Source: Octopus vulgaris (lineage: Eukaryota). Taken from it: a DNA stretch of 64,000 nt. The stretch is taken from contig OX597824.1 in assembly GCA_951406725.2 (NCBI GenBank), positions 35,340,001-35,404,000 of the forward strand. The letters run 5' to 3'. The position numbers and the translations under genes are program-made. Under the pieces are notes generated by a model. That model did not search any database. It worked only from the letters and a program-made list of their open reading frames with translations, and was not told the origin of the DNA. This document shows positions 11,813-26,129 of this stretch, piece after piece. Within the stretch, counting starts at the first letter, position 1. Every line of letters begins with the position of its first letter.

Positions 11813-12259
11813 TTGTCCCTGCACAACTAAATATTATGTTTATTCTTTACTAAATTCTATGTTTAATTAATTTTGGTTTTATTTTCACATGCCTAGTTTG
11901 GACTGAATTTTTCCTTTAAGAAATTATTATCAGCATTAGGGCTTGAATATTAACTAAAATTCCTTGACACATTGCATCAAGTAGCTAGTACCTTTTTCCA
12001 CCCTGCTCTGGTCGACACGAGGCCACTGTAGATGACAGATGTCTATATTACTGTACTGTACAATTCTATCTTAAACCACGTAGGACTTAGCTTGTAAGGT
12101 TCAACTTAACTCTGTCTGTAGGTCTAGAAAATCTACTCCAAAGCTCAGCTTCAGATTAGACTTGTCCACCAATTATCTTGGCCCGTCTCTTTCGATTACT
12201 GAGCGCGTGTCATAGCTGTCATATAACAATTCGCTCCGTATGAAACACATCCGCCCTTT

Positions 12260-13330
<1,071 letters not shown>

Positions 13331-13808
13331 AGCCCTATATCCATGGTTGAGAAGACATAACGTGTGTCAGCTCAGTCCACCTGGCTGTAATTTGTGTCGA
13401 ACGTTCTCCTACAAACAAAATAAAGAGTTTCTGCAGCTGAGATAAATCCTTATTCCTTTACTTTATTTATAATTCAGTGTCTGGAGTGAAATTCTCGCAC
13501 AAAACATTTTCTTTTTCAGAAAGCACGTTCCATTCCATGTGAGTCATACGCTGTCAATATTATTATCTTTTCTTCACTGAAACTTGCAGGATTAAACATC
13601 TGGGTTAGAAGCAGATTCGTTCCTGCTAAATCTTCCAACCACCGCAAGAAAGCCCATATCACATACTATATTGCAGTGATTTGGTGCAAAGTGTACGTAT
13701 GTGCCCGTAAGTGTATATGTGTATGGACGGTTTTCTCGAATAATAATAACAACAACAACAACAACAACAACAACAATAACAACAATAATAATAATAATCA
13801 TAATAATG

Positions 13809-13847
<39 letters not shown>

Positions 13848-14717
13848 GTAATAATAATAATACTTTCCACGAGTGATTCGATGTCACGTCTATATTATCT
13901 TTCCTTAACTCGGATATCTGATAACAATTTAGTTGGCAAATCCTGGCATATTGTACGGAAAACTGTCTTTTACAGCTGCCAGAGTTGTATGGATACCGAA
14001 GAGGAGCATCATCATCATCACCACCACCACCACCACCACCACCACCACCACCACCACCATAATCATCTTCTTCCTCCTCCTCTTATTTCCCCTCTTATTT
14101 TATTTGCCTGTTGTTTTCCTTGTTGATTACGCATTTAATTATCTCGTTCTCCATTATACTGAGTTTGAATTTGTCTTGTATATGAATGTGTGCATGCGAA
14201 AGAATGTGCGTTTGTTTGTTTGTTTGTTTGTGTGTGTGTGTGTGTGGCGTGTGCGTAATAGAAAGAGGATATATATATTATTTTTTCCAGAGCAACCCTG
14301 AAAAAAGAAACCTACTATCATAAACATACCAGCCATGACCATCAATATGTCTTTCTTTTTTTAAAGATAGTTGGGTATTATTTCACAGAGATTCTTCTAC
14401 TATTTCTAGAATTTCTAGCGACACTGTAAGGATACGCCCGTTGGCCATTATCTGTGTGAGTGTGTGTTAGATGAAATATAATATCATAATTCCCGGTATG
14501 TATCTACGTACACCTTGTTATTTCACTTGGCCTGCAAATCGCTCTGAAAGTATGATTCACTACCTTTCTAAAGCAGTTATTATCTTTTGTTAATAATACA
14601 TAAGTGACAAAAAGGGCGGCGAGCTGGCGGAATCACTGGCGCGCCATTTCGTGCATTTTACGTTGTGAGTTCAAATTCCGCCGAGGTTGACTTTGCCTTT
14701 CATCTTTTCTGTGTCGA

Positions 14718-14805
<88 letters not shown>

Positions 14806-14808
14806 GTA

Positions 14809-14855
<47 letters not shown>

Positions 14856-14856
14856 A

Positions 14857-14895
<39 letters not shown>

Positions 14896-15301
14896 AGAGC
14901 GAGAGAGAGAGATAGAGATAGATAGATATCAGGGACGTGCCGTCTAGGTAGACAAGGTAGGCAGTGCCTACCCTGAATGAAATAAATCGATAGTAACATT
15001 TTCCTAAAACTATGGAGATTACTCTGATTATTATGCATAAAATGCAAAATATAAATATTTTTGTAGATTAGATAGGCACAATTCGCCCCTGCCAGTCTTA
15101 GTTTTAAAACTAGGCATAGTACTGCTGTAGTACACGTGCTGCGTACACACCTGCAACAACGTTTTCTTTACGCGCTATAAAGGCAAAAGTAATTCTACCT
15201 CCAACTCAGTCACGCGCCTGTGGTTCGTTTATTTTTCTGTGTGCTTTACTACATACACGTCACCAACTGCCTGCCTTGAATAAATACTCACGGAACGTGC
15301 G

Positions 15302-15402
<101 letters not shown>

Positions 15403-15534
15403 TGTGTGTGTGTGAGTGAGTGAGTGAGTGTGTGTGTGTGTGCGTGTGTGTCAGATGGGACAAGAGCGCAAAACATCCGGACAACTAGGGAATACAAAAA
15501 GAGACAACAAAACATCCAGATTCCATGAAAGAAT

Positions 15535-15591
<57 letters not shown>

Positions 15592-15904
15592 AAGGTATGA
15601 TATAATAAATATGTAACATATGGTATAATTATAAGCAGACAAATTTTAGCTATTTCTCCGCAGACTGAAAAAAATATGATGAACAACCTTAATCGATTTT
15701 AGAACCTTATTGGGTTCCCACCAGAGGCGTCTACGTTATTCTGACACTCTCCAGAGAAACAAGCAGCCAAACTGCTTATATACTCAACAAATGCAGCAGT
15801 TACTCTACGAAGGAGTCCCTAATTTGTATTCCGAAAGTGTTTAACACTCTGTAAATACCAGTGGCCTGTCAACGAGGAAATATAATTATAATTATAAATA
15901 AAGG

Positions 15905-16412
15905 CTTCGAAGAAAATATTTTTGCTTATATGCTGAAAATAGACGCTAAAATGTCGAACAACGTTAAATATCTTCAATATTATTATTACACACGTGTCGA
16001 AACGAGGAAACATGCTAACAGGAATTCATAAATCTCTGGATTGGACCAATTTTTGAATTAACTTAAAAAGATTTCTCCTTTCATTGATCGTACCAATTTC
16101 TGGATTAACCTAAAAAGGTTTTTCTTTCAATGGCCGATGAAGGATAACCCTGTTTTCCTTTATCAGCAGATGAAAGAAAAACCTTTTTAGGCTAATCCAG
16201 AAAGTGATCCGATCCAGAGATAACTAAAATTTATGAATTCCTGTTAACTTGTTCCCTCGTTTCGACACGTGTGTAATTATGATATTGAAGATATTTAACG
16301 TGGTTTCACGATTTAGCGTCTATTTTCAGCATATAGGCAAAGAAAACTTTTTTCGATGTCTTTAGGTTTTTTTATATGCTGGCCACTAATAAAATTTTCA
16401 TCAATTTTATCC
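15905..16412. repeat. Fold-back element (arms ~15910-16150 and ~16155-16346)
   Basis: tatatgctgaaaatagacgctaaa...gtgtcgaaacgagg is mirrored by cctcgtttcgacac...tttagcgtctattttcagcatata. Confidence 0.75.
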
Positions 16413-16427
16413 TTTTACATCATAAGT

Positions 16428-16760
16428 ATGTGGAGACGCAATGGCCAAGTGGTTAGGACAGCGAACTCGCGGTCGTAGGATCGCGGTTTCGATTCTCAGA
16501 CCGGGCGTTGCGAGTGTTTATTGAGCGAAAACGCCTGAAGCCATACGCAGCTCCGGCAGAGGTGGCGGGGTGGCGAACTCTGCTGTACTCTTTCATTACA
16601 ACTTTCTCTTAATCTTTCTTCCTGTTTTTGTTGTACCTGCATTTCAAAGGGCCAGCCTTGTTACACTCTGTGTCACGCTGAATCTTCCCCAGAACTACGT
16701 TAAGGGTACACGTGTACCCTTAACATTAATTTCACGAGTAGGCTGTTCCGTTGATCGGGC
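16428..16760 (+). mobile_element. tRNA(Arg)-like SINE, family C
   Basis: gcaatggccaagtggttagg (A box), actcgcggtc anticodon-arm-like segment, ggtttcgattc (B box). Copies at 30647 and 59268. Confidence 0.7.
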
Positions 16761-17366
16761 ATTCGAAATTAAGGCAACAGATTTTCATCAGAGTGAAAAG
16801 CAAGAGCATACATTATAAACAAAAGGAAGAAGTAAAAGGAAAGAAAGCCTGGCTTAGACAAATAGCCTAGAAACCCAATATGTTAAGTGCAAATAATTAT
16901 TTACCATCAAGGCTACAAGAGCGTAGAAGAAAGAGTGAGCTATAAAAGGTCTGGAAAATACTACAAATTATTGACGTACGAGCGCTCTCTCTTTGCTGAA
17001 CGACCTGCAAAAATGATCTGTTTAGAGTCATCAAATATATGTGCTGTACACGAGCGCCTTCCCTCTATCAGACATTGCCTGTACAGTTGCACAAGTGTGC
17101 CACACGTCAAATGTCGAAATGATCGCAGAGCATCATGAAATAAAGTGCTTTGTTCCAGAACACAACGCGTCGCCTGGTCCGGGAATCGAACCCACGATCT
17201 CAGCGATCGTAAATAGAACACCCTAACCACTAGGTTAGCTTTTATTCGATAGATTTATGATGTTAAAAAACAAAAAAAAATCAATCAGAAGCATAATCCA
17301 CAAAAATATGGATAATGAAAACTTTTACATTATTCTAAAGGGAGTGAAGGAGTGGAGTTGAATATA

Positions 17367-17598
17367 TATTTCTTTATTGCCCACAAGGGGCTAAACATAG
17401 AGGGGACAAACAAGGACAGACAAAGGGATTAAGTTGATTATATCGACCCAGTGCGAAACTGGTACTTTATTTATCGACCCCGAGAGGATGAAAGGCAAAG
17501 TCTACCCCGGCGGAATTTGAACTCAGAACGTAACGACAGACGAAATACCGCTAAGCATTTCGTCCGGCGCGCTAACGTTTCTGCCAGCTCGCCGCCCT
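17367..17598 (-). mobile_element. SINE family A with TSD
   Basis: Full copy flanked by duplicated agtggagttgaatata. Confidence 0.85.
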
Positions 17599-17629
17599 AG
17601 TGGAGTTGAATATAGAAGAAAAAACTTTG

Positions 17630-18965
17630 TTGCTGTTTTCCAGCACGGTTCATTTACTGTAGATTCATCCTCCAATGGTTACTGTGAATTATTATCTGTA
17701 CATAATAAAACAAACGACTTAGTGATAATTGGGGTCTACAGGCCACCCCAAGTACCACTACTATGCTTCGATGAATGCCTCAAGAAAACCAAGTCTTTCA
17801 TCAACCAGTGCAAAACCAGTAGCATTTTAATGACGGATGATTTCAATTTCCTGTGTATTGACTGGACTACACATACGCTAAAACAAGTGTGTGCATTTCA
17901 ACCCCAGAGAAAGCAGCAGTGGAATCACTGTTCAAATTCGTGAATGAATTCTTCCTGCCTCAACTCGTGCTCGTCGTGCCTACGAGATTCAACAAAAACA
18001 TCCTGGACTTAGTGTTAAGTAACCATACAAACAGTATCCATGATATTGCAGTGGAGAAAATTCCTCTCAGACTACGATATGATTCTTTGTAGTCTGAAGT
18101 TTCGGCAGCCTAGAAAAAAAAACCTATCACACACCAGCTCATCCTTTTGATCTCTTGGATCTCCACAAGGCTAACTGAAAGGAAATCGCCAACAATCTTT
18201 CGCTCGTTGATTGGTCTTTCACAGATTCTCTCTTCCCAAGTAGCATTGCTGCATCGTGGTAGTTATTTGTAGACACTGTCACAAACATATGTTCACACCA
18301 CATTCCACTACGGTCTATGGACAAAACAAAATGCAGGCTGCCTAAAAGAATAAAAAAGGCGCTCCTAAGAAAACTAAAAAGAATAAATAAGAAAATCAAC
18401 GGGCTAAAATATTGCCAGCTGCACCACTCCCATCTGTCAGACGTAGCTTTACTGGAATCAAAGAAATTTGATCTCCAAAAGTGTTTCAATTCTGTTATTA
18501 CCAATGAAAGAATAACTGAGGAGAAGTGGGCCGTCGAGAAAATTAAATTCAATCCCAAATTTTTCTTCTCTTTCGCCAAAAATCATCAGGTCACTATCTC
18601 ATCTGTCGGACCTCTGATTTCCGAAGACAACACTCTCCATAGTACTGCAGAGATTATGCAGAAACAATACTGCTCTGCTTTCAGCAATCCCAGTATTGTT
18701 AATCTGGCCTCGGTAAAGAGACTGCATTCCAACAACCATACACTCTTCCTTCGTGGCATCCAACTAGTGACCTGGGTGCTACTGTTGACAACAAAATAAC
18801 CCGGAGTGCTCACATAAACAGCAAAATATACATGGCTCGCAGGGCGTGCTCCTGGTTCCTCAGGACTTTCCGGTCTAGAGACGCCCCTACCATTATTCTA
18901 CTTTTGCTCGCTCTCACCCCGCACGATACAGAATATTGTGAAAATTGAAGCTCCCCATGGATCAA

Positions 18966-19044
<79 letters not shown>

Positions 19045-19517
19045 AATAAATGACATGACAAGCTTTGACTATTGGGATCGACTCAAAAAGCTCAGGCTTT
19101 AATTCCTTCCAACGCCGCCGTGAGTGCTATATCATCTGTATGATGTGGAAAATATTCCATCAACATTGCTCAAATGATATATGTATCAACTTTAAAATCC
19201 ATTCGAGGCTTGGCCCACGTGCCATATGTCCACTACAGAAATCATGAGCGTATCGTATCACAACACTATGACAGAACTATTTCACCTCAATTGTTCCTGC
19301 TCTCTTCAACATCGTGCCAGCCCACGTAAAGGAGGAGGTGATTTCACGGCATTCAAACGGTCCCTAGATGATTACCTCAGACAAACCAACCACACCCGGA
19401 TATGTTTCTGAAAACAATAATTCTCTGCTTGAATTGGCTATTGTGTCCAAGAGCTTATTGTGCATCTCTTCCAGGTGGTGCTATTAAATTAAACATGGCC
19501 TGGGCCAACTTCGGCCG
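17630..19517 (+). mobile_element. Decayed CR1-group LINE: APE endonuclease plus C-terminus, most of RT deleted
   Basis: Translated motifs IIGVYRPP, DDFNFLCIDW, PTRFNKNILDLVLSN, KFNPKFFFSFAK and RRRECYIICMMWKI. Many frameshifts, a (CA)n insertion and a short-repeat tail. Confidence 0.75.
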
Positions 19518-20331
19518 AAACGTATCTAAGTAATCTAAAAAAATAGTTTGATAGATAAATAGATAGAAATCAGGTTGGAATAGAGTTCTGTAGGGTGCAG
19601 TAACATTAAAAATATCTAAATATGTTTACAATTTATAAAATTTGTATATGCTTATTGAGAAATACTTCGGCAAAATTGTGATCAGGTTTCGATCTTGTAA
19701 AAAGTTGATTACATTTAGTATAGAATTTATTGATTATTATTTCGTATTGTTTCCACTTATATATTCCAATCCGATGTGAAAAATGGTGAATGATAGGTAC
19801 AAAAACCATTGTTTTAGACAGAAAATTTTATCTCAGATAAATACTTAATTTTCCGGGCCTTGTCTGCGGGCTTTGAATCTAAGTAAACAAAACTTGTCCT
19901 TATTTGTATATATATATCATAAACATATTGCAGAGATTGCTTCCACTGTGTTTCTGAGTTAGGGTTAAGAGAACTTAGTTGAAGCTATCCGATCCACTTT
20001 ACTTTTCAGACAAGACTTGTCTGAAAGAAATCATTTGCTTAACATCGCAGTTCTATCATTTTTGTAATGTTCTTATATCAACAATTTCGTCTTCGTAGTG
20101 GATTGACAGAAATGCCAGAGCGTCGAACAACTAATTTATTGTATTAAGTCATGGTATTACATGTTCTAAGTTCAAATCCAGGTAAAGTCAGTCTTTGCTA
20201 TCTTTCCATATTTGATAATATAAAAAGTTACTCACACACTGGTTGAAATTCCTATATTGTATCTTATATGTTATTATTCCATTCACAAGTGCTGCAAATT
20301 AATGAACCGTTAGTCATTAAGGAAACTAGTT

Positions 20332-20805
20332 AGTTCATTATTTATATTTGATGGATATTTGTCCTCATCTTGTTTGTTGTTAACACAACGTTTCGGCTGA
20401 TATACCCTCCAGCCTTCATCAGGTGTCTTGGGGAAATTTTGAACCTAGATTCTCATTCCTAAGGTATTTTTCGATGTTGTTGTTGTTATTATTATTATTA
20501 TTATTATTATTCAGGTCACTGCCTGGAATCGAACTCGGATTCTCGGGGTTAGTAGCCCGCGCTCTTAACTCCAATTTTCCGAGTTCGATTCCAGGCAGTG
20601 ACCTGAATAATAATAATAACATCGAAAAATACCTTAGGAATGAGAACCTAGGTTCAAAATTTCCCCAAGACACCTGATGAAGGCTGGAGGGTATATCAGC
20701 CGAAATGTTGTGTTAACAACAAACAAGATGAGGACAAATATCCGTCAAATGTAAATAATGTACATAATTCCTCGTCTGTTAAATATAGAGCTGCAGTTCA
20801 TTATT
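20332..20805. mobile_element. Fold-back element: tRNA-like head + (AAT)n + minimal hammerhead in each arm, with 11 bp TSD
   Basis: Arms ~20336-20539 and ~20578-20760 are nearly perfect reverse complements. HHRs at 20383-20426 (-) and 20670-20713 (+). agttcattatt at 20332 and 20795. Confidence 0.8.
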
Positions 20806-20920
20806 GTTGAAACCTTCCAGCTTTTGTACGAGATTGAACGTACAGAAGCTGAGAATAAATGAATTCCGTATTTTCAAAAAGCGAAATACTTTAAGATAAA
20901 GGTTAACAATCCTTAGCTAT

Positions 20921-21090
20921 AGGCGCAGGAGTGGCGGTGTGGTAAGTAGCTTACTTACCAACCACATGGTTCCGAGTTCAGTCCCACTGCGTGGTACTTT
21001 GGGCAAGTGTCTTCTACTGTAGCCTCGGGCCGACCAAAGCCTTGTGAGTGGATTTGGTAGACAGAAACTGAAAGAAGCCCGTCGTATATA

Positions 21091-21141
<51 letters not shown>

Positions 21142-21360
21142 ATGTGTGTGTTTGTATCTCTGTGTTTGTCCCCCACGCCCCAACACCGCTTGAATACCGA
21201 TGCTGGTGTATTTACGTCCCCGTCACTTAGCGGTTCGGCAAAAGAGACCGATAGAATAAGTACTAGGCTTACAAAGAATAAGTCCTGGGGTCGATTTGCT
21301 CGATTAAAAGGCGGTGCTCCAGCATGGCCGCAGTCAAATGACAAACAAATAAAAGAGTAA
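20921..21360 (+). mobile_element. SINE family B, full length
   Basis: Head, CORE-like body, internal (TA)n and conserved tail. Confidence 0.9.
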
Positions 21361-21554
21361 CAGATTTATCGTACATCTTCCCGCAAATAATTAGTCTTCA
21401 GTTCTTTTATAATCTAAGTAACGTACAGTACGAACGATTGCTTTACATTAGGATGTAACGTTTTTAGATTCGTTAAATCTGTCTGAAGTAATATGTGTAC
21501 TAGATAACAACAAATTGCTTCTGTACTATTCTCTCTTTTTCTTTCTCTCTCTTT

Positions 21555-21764
21555 TATCTCTTTTACTTGTTTCAGTCATTTGACTGCGGCCATGCTGGAG
21601 CACCGCCTTTAGTCGAGCAAATCGACCCCGGGAATTATTCTTTGTAAGCCCAGTACTTATTCTATCGGTCTCTTTTGCCGAACCGCTAAGTGACGGGGAC
21701 GTAAACACACACCAGCATCGGTTGTCAAGCAATGCTAGGGGGACAAACACAGACACACACACAA

Positions 21765-21818
<54 letters not shown>

Positions 21819-21981
21819 GACAGGCTTCTTTCAGTTTCCGTCTACCAAATCCACTCACAAGACATTGGTCGGCCCGGGGCTATAGCAGAAGACACTTGTC
21901 CAAGATGCCACGCTGTGGGACTGAACCCAGAACCATGTGGTTGGTTAGCAAGCTACTTACCACACAGCCACTCCTGCGCCT
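21555..21981 (-). mobile_element. SINE family B, full length
   Basis: Reverse complement of the preceding copy at high identity. Confidence 0.9.
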
Positions 21982-23466
21982 ATGTATATAACTGCACCTA
22001 AAGACAGTTTGTAATCCGGCGAGGAAATGTATGAATGACTCTATGTGTTGGTATGTGCGTTTACGTCTATTCCGATGCGTTTGCTGTTCAGTCTCTATAT
22101 GTTAAATCTATTGCTATTTCTGAAATAACTGTGGGCTAAATATGTCAATATATTGTTAGAGTAATTGTATATATGTGTCAAATATTTCTCTTTATTGTGA
22201 ACAGCAGTATGTTTACAATAGCTGTTCATATACACCCATTCGTATGTGACTCATTATTAAGATCGTCTACACCCGTAAGTTGAGTGTTACTAATTTCACT
22301 GTTGCCGCCGTGTGAATGATAGAATAATGGCGAACAACGATGGACCAACTTCCTATTTCCATTCGGCTTCATTATATTTAGAAAACATCCTGTAAATGAC
22401 GTAATTGGAAAATTGTTTATACTAACCAGGAGAGTAGAATAAATCAAATAAAACTGAGAATTGTTATTTATTCCAACCAATCACAAAGTAAACAGTGTTT
22501 ACTGTTGTTTCAGTTCTGTTGTGCAATTTTTATATACCGCTCTGTGGTTTAAAAAAATCGCTCGAAAAGAAATAAATTAGTTGGTACATCATATAAATCT
22601 ATTTAGATATGCTTTATATTCCAAATTCTTTATTGAACAAATCATTTGTACTTGTGTATAATTCTAGTTGAAAACGGAACGAAGAAACCAAAGTACGGTC
22701 CTCAACAACGATGTGTTAAGTCAGATATGGCATAATGCAATTGTTTATCTATAGCAGTAATGCATTTCAGCCGCTGCAGTGTGAATTAGAACTTATTTCT
22801 TCAGTGAAGGCATTGGTTAATAATGTTATATGTACTTTAGACAAGAGAAGGTGATGCCCTAGCATAGCTGCAGTCCAATGAATGCTACAAGTAACACAAT
22901 AAAAGAAAGCAAAGCTAACGATACAGGGACAATTTTTGGCCCAGATCAGTCGGGTTTTTTATCCTCGATTTTTTTTTCTTCTGAAAATGCTGTTCTATAA
23001 GAAATAGACTATTATTACTATTATTATTTTTCCTTTTCTTTCTTTCTTTTTTTCTTTTTTTGTTCTCAGCAATACAGTTATTCAAGGACAGAGGTAAAAT
23101 CAGTTAGATCACCCAAAACACGACCGATACTTATCTATTGTAGAGGATAATGAATTATCTTTGGGATGGGAGAAACAGACCGGAACAAAATATTCTGAAG
23201 CATTTACTGTGTCCCGCCCCCGTTTCAGTTAATCCAACGTTTTAGGCTTTAAAATGAGATTAGAATGGATTACTTACTTCACTGAAGCAAAGAGAATATA
23301 CTTATGATAAAATCCCAATTATCTGGTAATTTACATGGGATTTTTTTCACATTGCCTTCTCTTAATTGAAGTTGAGGTTGGAGTCAGTTTACACATTAAA
23401 GAAGAGTTTTTAGATTTTATCTCGCAACCAACACTATACTGGGTGCATATTCATAAGTCGATACAA

Positions 23467-24345
23467 GTGAAGGCGCGTGCTTTATTAGTCAAGGTATTCT
23501 GCTGACGATCGTAAGGTTGTGAATTCGATTCCCAGCGGTGCGTTGCGTTCTCGAGCAAGATATTTTATTTCTTGTTGTACTGGTCCATTCAGCTGAAAAA
23601 AATGGGTAGTACCTGCAATTCAGAGGGCCAGCCTTGTTACATTTTGTCTCCTGCTGAATCACCCTGAGAATTACGTTAAGATTCATTTCTTTATTGCCCA
23701 TAAAGGGCCAATACAGAGGGGGACAATACAACATGATATGGGGGTCATGTACATCGAATGAGATTATGAAATTTTACATAAAAATGAAAACGGATGAAAC
23801 GCAAATTACCAAACAAACAATAAAAGGATAATATGAGGTTAAAAAAAACAAGTGTGCTCCGACCCCACGAGCCTTGTCTTTTTAACCGACACCCTTTGGA
23901 AGTCCTTACAGCGTGTTCACGGAGGGCTCTTCACTCCCAGCATCCGTGCAACAAGCATCCATCTTTTTTTGTACGTACACTCTGACAGACACCTTCTCTC
24001 CAGCCCTACCTTCCTTTTCAGATGGAACGTAAAAGCGTTCACCAAGACGAAACCAGAGATAATGTCTGCCTTTCATTCTCGTCTTCCATATTACCTTTTT
24101 CGCAATTGCTACTACTACGAGAGAGCAGTTCTTACCTTCTTCCGTGAGGAAATCCGGAGGGTCAATTTTTAGAATTGACTCAGACGACATCTGTACTCTT
24201 CTCCCGTCTGACAACAGAAAATTACGTTAAGATTACGTGTGTCTGTAGAGTACTCAATCACTTGCATGTTAATTTCATGTGTAGGCTGTTCCATTGACTG
24301 AATCAACTGGAACTCTCGTCAATGTAACCGATGAAGTACCACTTT
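23467..24345 (+). mobile_element. CORE SINE (family D) split by a LINE insertion
   Basis: Head gtgaaggcgcgtg...gaattcgattccc at 23467; the element resumes after 24234. Confidence 0.65.
23684..24219 (-). mobile_element. 5'-truncated L1/Tx1-like LINE 3' end
   Basis: 15 bp TSD aattacgttaagatt (23669-23683 and 24220-24234). The translation VVAIAKKVIWKTRMKG resembles the C-terminus of L1/Tx1 ORF2. Confidence 0.65.
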
Positions 24346-26129
24346 TTTAAGTCGATACAACATACACACTTTAAAACTAACAAATTGGTTGTTATCTTGT
24401 GGTGTTAAGTTCAAAACATACAGATAAAAGCTACTCTGCATCCATTCTAATTTAGTACAAGTTCACAGTGAAGAAGAATTATATAAAATAGACTCCAATA
24501 TGTGACTAGTACTTATTTTATCAACTATAGAAGAAAGGAAAGACAAATTCGGCTTCGAGGTTGGGGGCGATATTTGAACTCTGAACTAAATATAGGTAGT
24601 TATTTTGTAAAGTTAATTTCATTGATTCAAGCATCTATTTGTAGAGACCATAATAAAGATGTAATAGAAATGTGTATTGTATTAAATCATCTGAGGAGAT
24701 GGCAATGGTTTCTTATCAATTCCAGAAGGGCAAAAGGAACGAGAAGGTAAAACTTATAAGATTTGCATGAAATACAAAACTTTTAAAGTGGAAAATAAGG
24801 AGGGAAGTGCTGTAGTGTAGCGTGTGTTTCGTCACCCTGTGCAGTAACCATGTTGGCCACACCCCTTCCATAAATGTTACATGGTTTAAAATACAGCAAA
24901 CACATGAATATAAAATGACCGCGAATGCTGCCGGTACTCCTACACTACCACACCTCTGCACATCCGCACACTCCACGCTACACCATCGAGGAAGTATAGT
25001 CAAACGACCAACGTAAACAGAGTAAACATTTCAAATATCACATTGTAGGTGACACTTACATAGAAAGGCCATCTCCTGTTCTCTCTCCCTCCACACAGTC
25101 ACTCTGTCTCTTTCACTACACACTTGCACTTCTTTCTGCCACACTGAGTCATCTACAATCATTCTTTCCACTACTCGATCGATTAGTCATGTTACCCTAA
25201 ACAAACCGATGTACAGTGATGAGGAGCCTCTTCTGTTTTGTAGGCTACCAGGCAACCCCACTAATGCTGGTGCTTCAATAAAATACATCCACTACACTCT
25301 GTAAAGTGATTGGTGATCGATCAGAATTTACGTAGGGTTGAGAAGAGCTTTTAGCCCTGTTGTGGGCATGACGACCTGTCAAGTGCTTGTGATATAATGA
25401 AATACATCCAGTATGCTCTGAAAAGTGGTTGGTTTTTGAAAGGGCGTCCAGTCGTAGAACCGTACAATAGGATGTACAAGCCAGATGTAGATCTGTAACA
25501 CGTCTAGGGCAGTTGAAAGTGCAAGTAAGGACTGACCTGGACTGCGAGCACCGTCTAACTTATGCGAATATGGAAAACGGACGTAAGATGATGATTATGA
25601 TAAGGAGAGACGGGCAGTGGTATTGGTGGCAGGTGTGGTGGTCAACAGTAAAATATGCTGCTAAGAACAATCAGTTCGAGCCGTGAAATGTGAGTTCCAT
25701 AAACCGTTAGCTTATTGATGCTCTAGTGAATGTAAGGTAAAACTTACTCGTCGAACTCATTCTTCAGGATACATTCATTAGAAAAGTGCTATTCTTTTTG
25801 TGAAGTTCGTAGAATGTATAAAGTTTTACATGACAATACATCTCTGACGTTCTGTTCTTTGTGTGTATGTGCTTAGGCTCACTATAAACTGTCTGTTAGC
25901 TATGACACATAGTTATTAAGAACAGAATATTCTCGTCATTTTGTCTCTGTTTTGACAGTACAATACCAAGACTTGCATGGAAAAGTTTTTTAACATGAAG
26001 CACCAAGCATACATGCAGCAAAGTAACGTGAATGAAGCCAGTGAATCACATGACCTTTTGATAGATCTCAAAGAAGAAAAATGTTTCTTTTGCTTTCATA
26101 TTTCAAACGAACCCTCATGTATTTATATA

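Noticed and set aside
13590-13692. Possible plus-strand exon (ttgcag| ... |gtacgt)
   Set aside because: Splice-like ends only; the peptide is unrecognisable and there are no partner exons.
16428-16505. tRNA-Arg gene
   Set aside because: No proper acceptor stem, and it continues into a SINE body repeated elsewhere. The same applies to the other tRNA-like heads.
22226-22480. 84 aa minus-strand ORF in unique sequence
   Set aside because: No recognisable domain, start or splice context.
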